Below are positions 49,155 to 63,583 of a stretch of 64,000 bases of DNA, one piece after another (the first letter of the stretch is position 1; the number at the start of each line of letters is the position of its first letter). Both the position numbers and the translations under genes were made by a program. Source of the DNA: Microbotryum violaceum (Eukaryota); NCBI GenBank assembly GCA_001244265.2, contig CDLV01000015.1, positions 620,001 through 684,000 on the forward strand, read 5' to 3'. The notes under the pieces were generated by a model. The model ran no database searches. It saw only the letters and a list, made by a program, of their open reading frames with translations, and was not told the DNA's origin.

Positions 49155-50475
49155 ATGTTCGCCAAAGCCATCGTCGCCCTCGCCGTCGCTGCCGTTGTGT
49201 CTGCCCAATCGACCATCAGCACCCCCACCAGTCTCATTCAGTGCCAACCCATCGCTCTAGGTAAGTGTTGTGCCATTCGCCTCTGGACGCGTCCAAGCCG
49301 TTTCTGCGCGCATGATCGCGGACTCCGCCACCGACCCCTGCCGGCCTACGCGCTAAAGACGCGATCACATCGAGGTGTAATTCGTCACCGCAAAAGGTAA
49401 GGTAAGGCAGTACTGACCCCTTTCCACGTTGTAACATGAACTGTATTCCCACAGCTTGGACTGCTGGTGCGGGAGGCCCCTACTACGTGTGAGTGACCAT
49501 CGAATTGACGTGTCGCTGCGGCCGCCGGCTGCGACTCGGGTTTTCCAACTCGACGCCTCGAGTTGGGCCTCCGCATCGCATGCAATTGCTGACTCGGAAC
49601 GCTTGGCGTTCAATACCCTAAACAGTTCCGCCATCCCCGGTGGCGATGCTTCGGGAGCCGCTCTTGCACAGATCGGAGGTGGTCCTTTGAACTCGACCAC
49701 CTTCACCTGGTAAGTCGCTCGCTAGCTGTTCTCGATCCCGGCCTCGGCCTCTGATTCGTGCGCGTCGCGTCGAGGCGCGTTCTGTGCTGTTGCGGTGCTC
49801 GGGTTACGGAGGTTCCGGCTCGCGGGGTCTGCAGCTGCCTCTGATCATCTGGGATACGGAAAGCTTATCCATCGCTTGATCATTCGGATCACTCAAAAAA
49901 TTGTATTAGGACCGTCAACATCGCGGCTGGCACGTCCGTCACCATGAAGGTCATCGACAAGTGAGTGGCCCTCGGAGGCATCAATCGAGCGTTTTCCATT
50001 TCGGTTGCTGACGGTTGTTGTCGTCAATTTTTGACACAGGTCCGGAATACCCAACTACTCGGACAAGGTCACTGTCCAAGCCGGTAGCAGCACGTGCACT
50101 CTCGTCAACGCGTCGGGCGGTTCGGCCTCGTCCGGTGCCGCCTCTTCCGCCGCCACTTCCGCCGCTTCTTCAGCCGCCGCGTCCATTGCGGCTTCCGCTA
50201 CTGCATCCGCCGCGTGAGTTCGACGGGAACGGATTTAGTCGCTTTATCGCGAGAAATGCTCACCACCCGCTTTTTTTCCGGCTCGCAGTGGCATGGCTAC
50301 TTCGGTCCGTGCGTCCGCCACCAGCGCCGCCGGTGCTGCCACTTCGGCTGCCGGTGCCGCCACTTCGGCCGCCGCCGCCGCTGCCACCAGCAAGGCCGCT
50401 TCGAGCGCCTCGACCGTCGTCGTCGGGTCCGGTGCCTTTGCTGCCGTTGCTGCTTTGGTCGTTGCTGCCCTCTGA
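49155..50475 (+). CDS. Secreted Ser/Ala/Thr-rich, probably GPI-anchored cell-wall protein, multi-exon
   Basis: Signal peptide MFAKAIVALAVAAVVSA; TPTSLIQCQP...W...GPYYVSAIPGG...FTWTVNIAAGTSV basidiomycete wall-protein domain; SAA-rich stalk; hydrophobic tail GAFAAVAALVVAAL*. Confidence 0.88.
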
Positions 50476-50966
50476 ATAGAGATTGGAACATAGACGCGTT
50501 CTTGAGGACCTCGTTGGCTGCGCCTTTCTGCCATTCTTTCGTTATCAACGCACTCGACACGGTCAATGCTCTTTCCTTCGTCAAAGTACCTCGACCTCGC
50601 AAACAATTCGTTCTTCGAATTTCTCACGCTCCTCTCGTTCACGAGCCTTTCGCCTTTTTTTCCAACTCGTCTTCTTGCCCTATTTCACATATATGCTCTG
50701 TTCATGACCCCTTCTTTCTCGCTTCTCCAACCTCCCCTTTTTATGACGAAATTTCTATCGTATCACGACCTTTTCTCTCTAGATGACGACACTTGCTTGG
50801 GAAGTGCTCAGTTTCGTTTAGTTTGCTTGCGCAATAAGGACTTTTATGAAAGATGCGCGATGCAATCGATACAACAATAACGTCACCAGATGTGAAAGAG
50901 TTATCCCCTACGAGCCAAAATGCAGTCCACCAAGGGGGCCTTATATGCCCTTCCCCGCCATCAAGC

Positions 50967-52317
50967 TCAATGCCGTCCCTCCTCCCTTTCCTCGTCCGAT
51001 GATCGCCGTCCTTGATCCCCTTCCCGCTTCCCCTCCTCCTCCTCCTCAAATCCGACTCCGAATATACTGCCCGTGTCCTCTGCGTCGTCCCACGGGTTAC
51101 TCTCACTCCTCTTCTTCCTACTCCCTTTCCTACCCCCCACGTCCACCCCACCCCCCACCATCCCTTGCCCCATCCCACTCTCCCTTCTCGTACCTTCTTC
51201 CTCCTCCATCCGTATCCGTTCGCCCGCAATCGAAGACGCAAGAATCGACCCATCGTCTGCATCATCTTCGTCGTCAAGGGCATCATCACTCTCTTCGAGG
51301 TGTAGAGGTTGGTACAAACGTCGAAGTTGTTGAGCCTTTTCGCGGTGACGGGTCCAAGATCGGGAAAGGGTGATGCCTAGGGTCGTGCCGAGGATATTGG
51401 CCTGGTGGTAGGTTGGGGAATGAGAGGGTGAATTTTGGGATGAAGAGGATCGAGGGGATGGTGGGGATGGGAAAGAGGGAAAGGCTTACGACTACGTCAC
51501 CCCATTGGAACTGGTGTGGCCGAAGACGGGAGTAGGGGGTTGGGTTCGTTGCACAGCACAGGAAAGGAAGGATGAATGGGAATCAATGTCGCGGTTCGGC
51601 TGGGGTTGGATTAGATCTTGCGCTTGAGATTGAGTAGAACGCACCGTTTTGTACGGTAGTAAAGACTGAACGAATTCGCTACCGATGCTGCCCCCTGCGA
51701 GTTGAGGAAGGCAAGTTTCGATACCGGTGTCAGTCCGAGTTCATCAAAGGGGGAGTTGACACGCGGGGACCCAGCCATGCGGACACGTACATATCCCACA
51801 CACAAGTATAGATACGAGTTCGTTCCAGTGCTTCCAATGCCAAGAAGTCCTCACGGCTTGATCGACGTTCCAGATTGCATAGAACTGCGCCGAGGCGGCA
51901 GTGAAGCAGACCTGTGGGAGACATCGTCGGAGTTCAGTCCCAGGACGATGTAAAAGCAACTGATCGTTCCTATCTCCTCACGAAATGCAGCAGCTTGTCC
52001 GAAAAGGGTACGGGAGGGGATATCTTGGACGCCAAAGTGGGGTGGAAGCCGAGTGCAGCGAGCACGAGCAGACTGGAGGCTGTGAGGAGGGCCATCATTG
52101 GACGGATTCGGACAGGGAACCGCGGCTCGATCGAATAGGACTTCCAGATGAGACGGGTGAGGTCGGAGGACCGGCGTACCCGTACGAGCGAGTGCAGCGT
52201 CCGACGCCAGGGGTCGAGCAGGGTCGTCGTCCAGTGCGAGCGGTGATTGCTGTTGCGAGCGCGGGGACGGGTACGCGAGCGTGAAGCTGAGGGTGATGTT
52301 GTTGGTAGTGAGGGCAT
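50967..52317 (-). CDS. VanZ-like family membrane protein, five exons
   Basis: SDKLLHF|VCF, GSEFVQSLLPYKT|FQWGDVV|ANILG are VanZ-like motifs; acidic tail ending NPWDDAED... Confidence 0.85.
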
Positions 52318-52850
52318 CGTCGGATTCCCCACTAGGTAACTAGAGGTCAAGGAAGGGAGGTCGAGATGGAGTGAACGGCACGAGTTGAGGGGCTTAAGGC
52401 CAAGCCCGGCGTGAGTCAGCCCAGGCACAATTCGTCGCTCCGACCTCCGCCTCGATAGCCCGAGGAGAGCGTGTCGTACGGGAGCACGGGAACCGGCTCC
52501 GAGAGGAGTTGACCTTGTCTGCATCTCTCTCTTTTCCTTATCCCAGAATTGTAACTAAGTGTAATGACAACCACTTTGACCTAGCTCCCAACTTTCGCTT
52601 TGTTTGTCCGAGCTTTTAAATTACGCTCCGCACATTCGCGACGGCATGATCTCCGAGGCGCGACTCGGCGAGCCGCGTGCGAGGCCAGCAGGGGGCCGGC
52701 TGAGGCGGCTGAGCTGCTGAGGCCGCGACGTCACTGTGAGCGAGTGCCTGCAACTCGGGCTTACCTGCGCTCAGCTGGACTGACCAGAGCGCGGACCCCT
52801 TCGGTACCTCCACTGCACCTCCAACACACCGATCTGAATACGAGTCAGGA

Positions 52851-55157
52851 ATGTCCCGACCTCACACCGACCACCACGAAGATGACGACGCCGACGAGGA
52901 CCCGGCGACCGCTCTACTTCTGCTGCCCTCCTTGATCCCCTCGCCTTCTTCCCCTCGCGCAATCCGACGAACGCTGTCGACGGCGATCATCATCCTCTTC
53001 TTCTCTGTCATTCTCTACGAAGCCGTACTCGCCCCATCCGGGATCGACCAGGAACAGGTCAAGGGCTTCGGTTGGACGAACTATCAGAGCGTATACGTCG
53101 GTTCGCATGATTTGGACTCGAGCGATGGATCGCATACGAGTGCAAAAACCACTACACAGAAAGAGCAAGTCGAGACGAGTTCGAAAACTAGTCAACAGAC
53201 GCAGCAGAGCGTGGGCACGTTCTCGCAACTCAAAGCCAACACGGTCGAAACGATGAGGAAGCAGGGCCAGCTCTCGAGTTATGCCTGGCATCAGGTTATT
53301 AACAATTGGAACACGTCGATCGTCAATGCCGAAACTGCAGCGATGACCACGACCGGGCCGGGGAGATTGATCATCGTTGGTCAGTCGGGTCACCAGAACT
53401 TGTCTCTCGTTCTCACAATCATCTGACCCCGTGCTTCCTCACAGGCGACGTTCACGGAACCCATCGCTCTCTCGCCTCGCTCCTCGTCTCTGTCGCCTAC
53501 ACCCCCACAGTCGACACCCTCCTCCACGTCGGCGACATAGTATCCAAAGCGTCCCTCGAGTCCTCCCTCGCGACGGTGCAGTTCCTTCGACAGCACAACG
53601 TGCGAGGCGTAAGAGGGAACCATGATCAGGGGGTCATCGAATGGAGGAATTGGATGGAGAGCTATGGGGAGCTTGTACCGACTTCTGAGGGAGACGTTAA
53701 TGCGGAAGAGGGAAAGACGATGACAGAGGTGTCGGGGCATGGGGTAGCGCTTGGGGATGATTCGCTTGAGGAGAGCACACCGCGGGCACGGAAAAGGGGC
53801 TGGTTTTGTTTGGGGTCTTCGATGGCCGTCGAGCAAGAGACAGCAGAAGAAAAGGAGGAGGAAACGCAAGAGATAGCGAAAGACAAGGAAGCGACTCAAA
53901 TTGCCGATTTGGAGGAGCAAGGCGCCGAAGCCATCCCAGGGAGCGCCGAATCGGACACACCTCTCAGTGCACCCGCAAGCTTCGTCTCCGGCGACCTCCT
54001 CGGCCACGGCTACGAATGGCTGATACTCTCGCAAAAGCAAGTCGAGAACGACTTTGGCGTCGTCGTTCCCAATGGATGGGATTGGGGAGGCCAATGGTTC
54101 GAGATCGCACGCCATCTACCCAAGGACGATTTCGAGTATTTGAGGAGCTTGCCTTTAACGCTGAGGTTGGAAGGGTTGGATCTCGTTCTTGTGCATGCTG
54201 GATTGGGTGAATTTTGACTCGCATTTAACCCCAAGGCGTGCTCACCTGGCTATTGACTGACATGTCTACGCATGACTCGCAGTACCAGCTCAGTCACCTC
54301 ATACACCACTTTCGACCTACGCCCTCACTCAAGCACCCGCTACATCCCTAAGTTCCCAATCCGACCTCTTCTTCAAGCCCCTCTTCTCAGTCCCAACCGA
54401 ATCCATCCCTTCCATCCTCCAAATCGAGCAAAACACGCTCCCTTTCACAATGCTCAACCTCCGGACTTTGCAGTTGCCCAAGAGGGGTAAGGGTGATTAC
54501 GGCGTGAGCAAAGGGAAGAAACACGGGACGCCTTGGTCGGAGGTGTGGAATGAGGTGATGAAGACGTGTAAGGAATCATCGGCGGCTTATTCGAGCAAGG
54601 AGGAAAGGGACGAAGAAGGGTCCGAAAACGTCAAAAAGGAGTGCGAGCCTTTGAACGTTATCTATGGTCACTGGGCAGGGAGGGGTTTGGACATCCATGA
54701 CTATTCGATCGGTCTGGACTCGGGTTGCGTATATGGCAAAAGATTAAGCGCATTCGTTTTTCCCTTATCGGGAGCGGAGGAGGCGGGTGGAGCGAAGGAA
54801 GGGAAGTGGAGGGTTATTGAGGAGGGATTCGATTCGGGTGCTCGGATTGGTGACGCGGGCCAGACGGTTGGGAGTGGGAGGTGGAGGAAGCTGGAAAAAG
54901 GGTTTGATTCGGGCGTTCAGCATTCGGCTCGGGGTCGAGAGAGCTTGGGAGTACGCCAGGAAAAGGGACCGGTCAGCACTGCCGTAGAGAAGTTGTCCGA
55001 GGAGGGGACGGCGGAAGCCACTGCCGATGCAGACGAGGGGGTCAAAGAAGCGAGCGACGAGGACGACGAATTCCAAGAACAGGACGTTGAGTTCTTGGGT
55101 CGAAGAGGGGCCAAGATCGTCAGTGTGTCTTGTGCGAAGGAGGTGCAGAAGTTCTGA
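52851..55157 (+). CDS. Type II membrane calcineurin-like metallophosphoesterase, Ppn2/ApaH-like
   Basis: TM AIIILFFSVILYEAV; IVGDVHG, VGDIVSK, RGNHD, VHAG, IYGHWAGRGL, GLDSGCVYG. Confidence 0.88.
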
Positions 55158-55762
55158 AGGGCGGCAGTGAGGGGCCATAGCATAATCTTTTTCGTAGCTT
55201 ACATGTATGAGCAGAGATCACTGTTGTCATTCATACAGACGAGTTGACGTTCAGCAGAGGTCGAATGAACGTTCTCATAATAAATGAGTTAGGAGAAGTT
55301 GCATTTCTGATTTCAAATACGGGTGACGAGAGGTTTAAAGAACGATGCGAGGGCGGAAATCAAGAACCAAGAGGAAAGGATAAAGCAAGCGAAGCAAGCC
55401 ATGTATGAAGGGAAGAGGTCCAGCCGATACTTAAATGGAAACATAGGCAGAAATAATCTATACAACCCAGCAAAGCCCGCGAGGAGGTTAGAGACAATAG
55501 GGAGTGGAGTGAGTACGGGTTAGAGATAGATAGGGAATTTGCTAGAATACCTAATACATGGCTGGGCGATCGAATCTGCAAGGGGAGAATGAAAAGGCAA
55601 AAGTTCCAAGGGTAACACACTTCACATCTCAAGAAGGCCTCGGAGTATTGATCCGATCTCCGCTTCTTTCTCCTTCGGTGAAATCATTCCTCATTCATCA
55701 TCATCATCATCATCGTCATTGACCGTTTCGCCGCTTGCTCTACGTAGGCAGCGTCGTCATAA

Positions 55763-58357
55763 TCACGCCGCCGGCGACGTAAGCCCATGTGCCACGTAGG
55801 TCTTGTGCAGGATTCCGCTAGCGTACCCACTGAACGTCGAACCGGGTGTCCCAACGACCTTGTTGGCCCTCGCCGCGATCTCGGCTTCCAAGAAACCAAA
55901 GAAGTATGGCGCGAGGCTCTGATCGTCCCAGTCGCTCTTATATTTACCCTCCATGAGGTGAACGAGTTCCTCGACGGGTTCAGAGTTGTATTTGCTGACA
56001 GCGGCGAAATCGTTGAGGAGGAAAGCGCAAGGGAAATGGTCGAAAAAGGGGAGCAGGGCGGGTTCGTCGAGAGGGTTTCGAGAATCGGTCGCGACGTAGA
56101 GGGGGCTGTTGAGAGCGAGCAGATGTTTTTCGGTGTGTAAAGGCTTGCGACAAGTGAGTGTCGATGACATGGGCGCCCGCTTCGTCAACCGTGCCGAGGA
56201 TCGCTTCGACCTCCGACTTCGTTTGGGAGGGGGAAGCACGAACGCCTCTTCGATCTCGGGGGGTCCGTCGTCGTCGTCGTCCGCTTCGGCGAGGCCTTGC
56301 CATGCGTAGATCTCGGATAGTGAGCGTTTCGTATGCACCTGTTCGCCATTCTCGTCAGTTTTGCTGCTTTCGGCCAAAGCCTTTTGTCGTTCTTCGGTCT
56401 CGTCGAGCAGAGCCGTGATGACGACTTGTGGCAACTTGAACATGGCCCTTACGGCTTTCCGGAAGACACCCTCCATGCTGGTAATTTTGTTTTGCTATGA
56501 GAGACGACACGTAGAGCAAGTCAGCTTAAGATCCCGTATGTGGAATTGTTCATCGAACGGGAGTGAGGCTCACGAGGAAATATCCATCTCCGACGCGCAA
56601 ATGAACCGCCGAATAGGAGCCGAGTCGATCGCGAACCTTGTCGGCGATCAAATCCAAAATAGGTTGCTGCAGGATCATCGCACTCTCGATGGCTCTGCGA
56701 TCGGCCACGCTCTCGGATTTGGTCGCGACCATGCGTCCACCACCGAACAAGCTGCCGAACTTGAGCATGCGATACTCGCTCATGGGCCCCGTCAAGAGCT
56801 CCTCGAGGTTCACACGAGTCGCGAACGGTCCAAGGTTGGTCGGCGTCTTGCTATCGTCGTAGAACTGCCACGATCTTCGAACGGGGTCGGCAAAGGTGTA
56901 CACGTCCGATTCGGTCAAGCCCAAGCCGCCTTCTTCGGAGGACAGGTAGACCCATTCCATGGATGAGTTCCAGCGGTCGACGATGTCGCGGTCTTTGACC
57001 AAGCCTGGTTGGACAAGGTACGACCATGCGACGTAGGTCCATTTGTCCGAATCGCCCTGCTTGCAGCGGTTATTCCCGTAGGTTTTGGCGAGTCCGGCCT
57101 TGCATTCTTCGTCGTGCAAGACGCGGCGCCAAACATCAGGGCCCCACGCGAGTGCTCGGCCGAGTCGGACGGGAGACAACAACAGCGTTCGATTCAGCAT
57201 TTTGGCGAGCATGAGCGCATTGACGAGAGATTTGCGCTCTGTGAAAAGATTAACGGGCGAATGAGTCAGCTTCTCTCCAAGTGAGACGCGTCTGCCCGCA
57301 CTCGGCATGAGATGCGACAGCGCGTCGCGAGATTCGTCTCACGATTATGGAATCCGGAATGATTGTCAAAGGCGAGATAGCGTTTTGTGGCGGCGATTTT
57401 GGGGTCTCTGGGCGGGTCGCGCGGGTACGGCCTGACGTTGAGTATGCGCCCTTGAACCAGTGATTCGAGCTTATGCTGGCTGAGGGTGGTGTCCTCCTCC
57501 TCCATGTCTTCCTCGGCCTGCTCCATCGCCTCGGTATCATTATCATTAGAATCGTTTCCTGCCGAGGGTGTGATACGCGCTGCTTCCGACGCATCCTCAT
57601 CGTTCGCAGCGGCCTCTCCCTTCGCCTCGTTCTCCTTTTGGCTCCCCGTGACTGTGGTCTCGTCCGCCTGAGACTGCTTGTTCCCTGAATCGACGTCCAA
57701 GGGCATGTCGAGGCCCTGTGATCGATCTGCCCCATCGTCATCAAGCGTCTCTGACGTTGAAGGTTCCTTTGGCTCCGGCTCCATATCGTGCTCGGCCACG
57801 GCCTCGAGTTGTTCGGGCGCGATTGGCCTGGACGGAGAGGAGGCGGGGTTGGTCATGTCGGCCTGGGTCGTGTCGTCCCAATCGGCGTCGTCGGCCGCGA
57901 TCGCTTCTGTGCCTCCCCCTGCGCCTGCGCCTGACCACGGGTTGACGACAGACATGTCGTTGAGCTTGTTGCCGAGGTGTTTGAGACCCGTCTTGGCGTG
58001 TCGTAGCGAAACGGAGGCGGTTCCGTCGCGCTGCAACCAAACGCCGCACACGATCAGCACCAGCAGCACCATCAACACCGGCCACCGCCGCCGCGACGGC
58101 AACCGCAGGTGCACCGAGGTTGCAGATGTCGGTGAGGCTGGCGAGGAGAAGGACGGGCGGGACAACAGTGGCCGTGACGACTCGTCCATGTCGGGCGAGC
58201 TCGTGTAGGAATGCGCTTGATGCGGGAGCCCGGGCGAGCCAGGGATCAACAAAGGGCTGCGCGGCGGTTGCAAGGGGGGCGAGCCGTGTCGAGTTGATAT
58301 CAGCGGTGGTGACGGTGGTAAGGAGGAATTTGACTGTTCAGACATCATCATGCTCAT
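55763..58357 (-). CDS. O-fucosyltransferase-like (GT-B, CigA-like) type II membrane protein, multi-exon
   Basis: TM WPVLMVLLVLIVCGVWL; acidic stem; HSGFHN, LAKMLNRTLLL, AVHLRVGDG, LYVATD, VVGTPGSTFSGYA match O-FucT motifs; the start could be any of several clustered Met codons. Confidence 0.82.
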
Positions 58358-60484
58358 GTGTCAGTCGCTGGGAGCAGATGCTGCGCGGCCGCGAAGGAGA
58401 GCCGTCTGAGAGGGGGCTCAAGCTCGTGGTTGGGAGAGCCGAAAGCACGCGCGTGTCGAGCCAACCGCCACCGTCGCGGCAGTGCGCGTGTCGTGACCTG
58501 TCGTGACAAAGCGAGTTTACGCGCCGGTGTCGCTCAATTTCAAGAGACGCGCGGTAGCCGCCCTCGATCACCGATGCAGTGATCAGCTTGGCTCGGGATT
58601 CGCAGAGAATTCGAATTCCTGGAGCCGCTTGCTGCGGAGGCCCGGACTCCCGGCGACAGCTTTCCCAGTCGAAGGCGGAGTTTGCATCCAGCTCTGTGAG
58701 GGATGGGCCCCTCCCACTGCACGGGCCTTGTCCACAAGTGAGACAAGGAGTCCACTCCCCTTGTTTCACAAGCTCCAGGATATAGCTCAAAGCTTTGTAC
58801 CCGTAGGTACTACTGCAGTTTGTAGTTGCACTGCACTCAAAGCTTTGGTTCCCTTTATGCATGATGTCACCCGACAGGGAGAGCCCTTGGCTATCGCAAG
58901 TTGACAACTTTTATACTTTTGGAACATGGATCAACCGCCGTCTATCGGGTTCGTGTCTGAGACCTTGCAAGAGGTACGCGTGAATGAAGTGACTTGTATT
59001 GCAACTTCACACCCAACCCACAGGAGGCGACTTTAACGCCGCGGCGCCAGTCGAGTGACGCAACTTGTCGGCTCCCTGAAACCGCGTCAGGGGCGTCTCA
59101 AGTTCATGCTCGGCGTGATCACCGGCCTCTCCTAATCGAGTTTTGATGGGCTGTGACGAGGACTGAACTCGTTGAGTTCTTACCTGATTTCGTAGCAGTG
59201 CAACAGACCCCATGTTGATACAAAAGAAACTTGATGTTGAGTGAGTGGGAGATGCCTTGCGCTGCCGCCGCTTCACTGAGCACTAGCGAGCGACGCGTCG
59301 TTGTTCGACGCGCCGCGACGTGTCAGCGCCATCTACCAGGGAACCGGCGCGAGCGCGAGAGCTTCCTAAATGATTTACCCAGCGTGAGTGTCCTACCTAC
59401 CTACTACCCATCACTAAGTAACTGCTAATCTTGATTGATCAGCAATCGCTTTCATTCTATAGCCCTCGCTGGAGTGTTTACCCCCCCGGCTCGGTTCACT
59501 TCGATGCCGTGAGTGCCAGCAATACGTGCAAACGTGAAACAGTCCACTATGTAAAGTGTAATTAAGTCTATCGTGACATTAGTCCTTTTTCTGATATTCA
59601 TAAGAATTATGTCAATTGTGCAAACCTTGCAAAGACTTGAACCAGCCCTAGGACACTTCAGTAGTGTCCGGTCTCAAATTATCTTTGGCGGATATCTTTG
59701 GGCGAGCGACAGACCGACTCGGAGTCAGGGGATTTGATCGAGAGACATAGGAACGCACCGGCGATCTGTGGGCTCCGGCCAGCGAGATTGGAAGCTGAAG
59801 ATTTGAAGCCTCGTGAGGGGTGTTCTGGACGATTGAGGCCCCGAGCCCGGAATTAGACAAGTTCCTCGTCTGAATGATAAACGCACATTTTTCCGGAACA
59901 AACGCACCAACTTGCGCGAAGAATGCACTATAGTGAGCTTTGCACCTTACTACCGGGGGTAATGCGTCAAGCTTCGGGGGCAAACGCGCGCGCGTAATTT
60001 GTAGTTGCCCCATTTGGTCACGGCATTATGGATGGGTGCCTTCCTCATTGTCGGCCCTCTCATCCCGGGTCAATGGTGCACAGCGAGCCCAAGGTCCCTT
60101 GACAAAGTAAAAATCTACCTACTTACCTATGTTCTTTTTTTGTGTGATCTCTCCGAAGCGAAGGGCTGTAAGGATGTACGGTACGCTCGGCGGCACGTGC
60201 ACCTCGGCTCTATAACCCAATGAGACGCCCCCGCACGTTAGCGGAGGGTTGCCTCGCGAACGGTTTTCTTTGGACTAGATTGATCTGGACTCGCTCGACT
60301 ACTATTGCGATTGGATGCTGGACACGGTTCTCGAGCGCCTAGATTTTCAGTCCCTTTGAAAGCTTTCCACCCAGTACTCACATCTACATCCAGCTACCGA
60401 GTTGCTCCAACTCCTCCCACTACTTTCTTCGTCCTCTTTCAACTTGTCCGGTCTCCGTTCGACGAGCGCGCAGTGCTGAATGGA

Positions 60485-63243
60485 ATGTTGGACGCGACGG
60501 GGCCTTTCGTCGCCGAACGCGATTCATCAAGCTTGTCGAGCTCGACCTCATCCTCGCGCAGCGGTGGTGGACAAGACTCGGACCTCTCACTGAACCCGAA
60601 TCACTGGATGCATCCTCAAGACCGGTATCGATCCGAGGAGAAGGCGCTCTTGCACCAAAAGGAGGGCTACTCCGCTGAGAATGGGTCGTTGGGGACGACG
60701 ACTCGCTTAACCTCGTCCTCGACTCCGCCAACAATCTTTTCGGCTCGTCCACCGAGTTCAACACTAGCGCTGTTGACCAAGCTACCACGAGCCTTTCCCC
60801 TGGGACTTGTTGCGCTACTCTCGCTCCTCTACCTGATGCTCTCATCATGGCCGTCGTCGATCACGACCGAACTCTCCTCCGTCTCCAACCCCGCCACATG
60901 GGAAAGTTCAGAATACTTCGATCCAATTCCCAATTCTTCATGGTCCCACTTCGACCCTATCGATCCCGTTGTCCGAGCTGCCAGTCAGAGATTCCGAGGT
61001 CGTCACTCCGACGACGGCGTTTATGTCTCGTGGAAAGGAATCCGATACGCTCAGGCCCCGACGGGCGATCTTCGCTTTCGGACAGCGAGACCGGTGAAAC
61101 CTACGACGCGACCCGTCAAGGAGAAGGAATGGGAGGCGGTTGAAATTCAGGACGCGTATGATCCGGGACAAGGCTGCCCGAGGTGGATCAAGAACCCGAG
61201 AAGGGAAGGTGTCTGGGAAGGCGAGGAGGATTGTCTCAAACTTCACATTTTCGCTCCGGCTGGTCAAGAGCCCAGCAAGTTGCTACCGGTGATGTTTTGG
61301 ATTCACGGAGGTGGCCTGGCGAGCGGATCGTCGCTTCTTCCACGATACGACTACGCCTCGTTGATGAAGCGCAGCGTGGAGATGAACGAGCCCATTATCA
61401 TTGTCACGTTCAACTATCGACTCGGATCACTCGGCTTTTCTTCAACCACGGCGGCCCTGAAAGCGGGCAGTGCATCCCGAGGAAGAAACCGCGCGGTCGA
61501 CCAGGCCCTGGACTTGAATGTTGGATTCAAGGACCAGCTCGCGGCGCTCGACTGGGTCAAACGACACATCGAGAGTTTTGGCGGCGATCGTAAAAAGGTA
61601 ACAATTCACTTGCCGTTCTACAAACAACCGAGCAGTCAGCACGTATGGAGTAGTCATTCCTGATTCGGCGCGGACGTCTTCCGTCTCGCAGATCACCATG
61701 GCCGGACATAGCGCTGGTGCCATCGCTGTTGGACTCCATCAACTGTATACCCCTGACTCGTTCCGCGGAGGTGAGCTCGTGCCGCTCTTCTGTATCGCTG
61801 CTAGGACTTTGACTGACCATGATTTCTGTGGATCAGCTTTCATGTTGTCAGGCTCGCCGACTTCGTGAGTTGACGGGCTATAATTTATTTAGCAGCGCGT
61901 AATTGACTAGGTGCCCTCCCCGGCTTCCTTTCAGATTCCCCGTACCATGGCCTCACGAAGCTGCAAGACGCTCGACGCATACCCTGGAGGAAGCGGCAGG
62001 ATGTCCCAAAGCCGCGCCCGGAAACAGAGGTAGCACGTACGAACTCAACCTCATCAAGTGCCTCCGCCAACTCCCGCTCGATTCCCTGATGCGCTCGACC
62101 ATCGGTCTGCAGCGGTATCAATTCCCTTGGTACCCTGTGGTGGAGAGCAATTCTAAAGACGCTTGGTTGACACGGAAACCGAGTGAGATGATGGCGAGCG
62201 TGAGGTCGAGGCGCGTACCGTTCATTACGGGGACGGTCTTAGACGAGGGGACCAAGTGAGTCGCGGATATGGTTTCCCCCCCGGCTGTACAAGGCGTTAG
62301 TTGACGTTGCGAGAGGATATTAGGTTCACGGACGCTGGCATGGAGTCGGAAGCGAGCATCGAGAATGCGCTGCGCAGTAAGTGATCAGGCCGATCGGGCA
62401 GGTCAATGGTACCCACGTGCTCACCTTGTGATTGCAACGAACTAGGGTCTTTTGCTTGGGTGTTCGACAACGTGCAAGACGGCCTCCTCTCCCGACTGTG
62501 GGAGCTATACCCCGACGTGCTGCGCCATGGTTCACCCTACAACACCGATCGTGAAACGTTCGGCCTCGCACCCGCGTACAAACGTGCAGCATCCATTTTA
62601 GGCGACCTCTTCTTCCGAGCCCCAAAGCTGTTCTTTCTCAATGAGATGAGAGACGTCGCGTCGACTGTTACCGCGAGCGGCAAGCAGTCGATGTGGAATT
62701 ACCTCTATTCGTATCAGTCGCCCATTAAATTTGACCCCAAGGCCGGCAGTGAGTGAACGTCAGGTGGCATATTCGTGTCCGAAGCTCACCGCGCTGAGCT
62801 GTCGAGGCACCATCGTGCAGTCTCCCATGGTGCCGATCTCGCGGACTGGTTCGGCAAGCCGAGACCCAAGGATCCCAATGCGGATCAGATCGCAAGGATC
62901 ATGTCAGCCTATCTCATGTGAGTTCGTCCCGATCTTTCCGTCGACTGAGCGTCACACCCTGAGCACTGATTTCCAACTCTATTCCCGCAGTAATTTCGTC
63001 GCCAATCTCGACCCAAATGGCGTGGATCGTAAGCTCGCACACTCGAACGCAGTAAATTGTGCTTCGCCCCCATCTGACCGGTATTCTTCTTCTACCCCTA
63101 CAGTCCCCCCCTGGCCTCGGTTCAGCAAAAAAGGCGAAACGCTCCACTTCACCAAAGCCGGTCGAGCAATCGTCGGCCGCGACATCGAGCGCCAACCCGC
63201 GATCGACTTCCTCAATGAGAACAATGACTTTTTCGCACGATAA
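60485..63243 (+). CDS. Type B carboxylesterase/lipase with N-terminal membrane anchor, multi-exon
   Basis: GIRYAQAPTGDLRF, EDCLKL, WIHGGG, NYRLG, nucleophile GHSAG, acid LDEGT, His SHGADL; TM FPLGLVALLSLLYLML; TAA at 63241-63243. Confidence 0.92.
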
Positions 63244-63583
63244 GCTTGCTTGCGTGACGATGTCAAAAGAGAGAGTAGGCCCCTCTTTACTTTTTTCACG
63301 CCAAATCCCCGACGATGTTATGGATTTGGACGTAGTATGGCGTTGCTCTTGAAGACTATGAAGTCCAGAGTGGTTGTAGCGAAAAATGAGTATGTTGTAC
63401 AATTCCAAAGAAGCTGGGGTACGAACAAACTTGGGAGCGAGTAAGCGACAGGACGAAGATGAGGAAAGTAAATATATTTGAACCCGACGGTATCGCGAAC
63501 ATGTACAATGCTACAGCCTGATGACAGCGGCGGACAGCGAATACAAGCCGACTAACAAAAATAGATACAAGCTGTTCCGTCGC

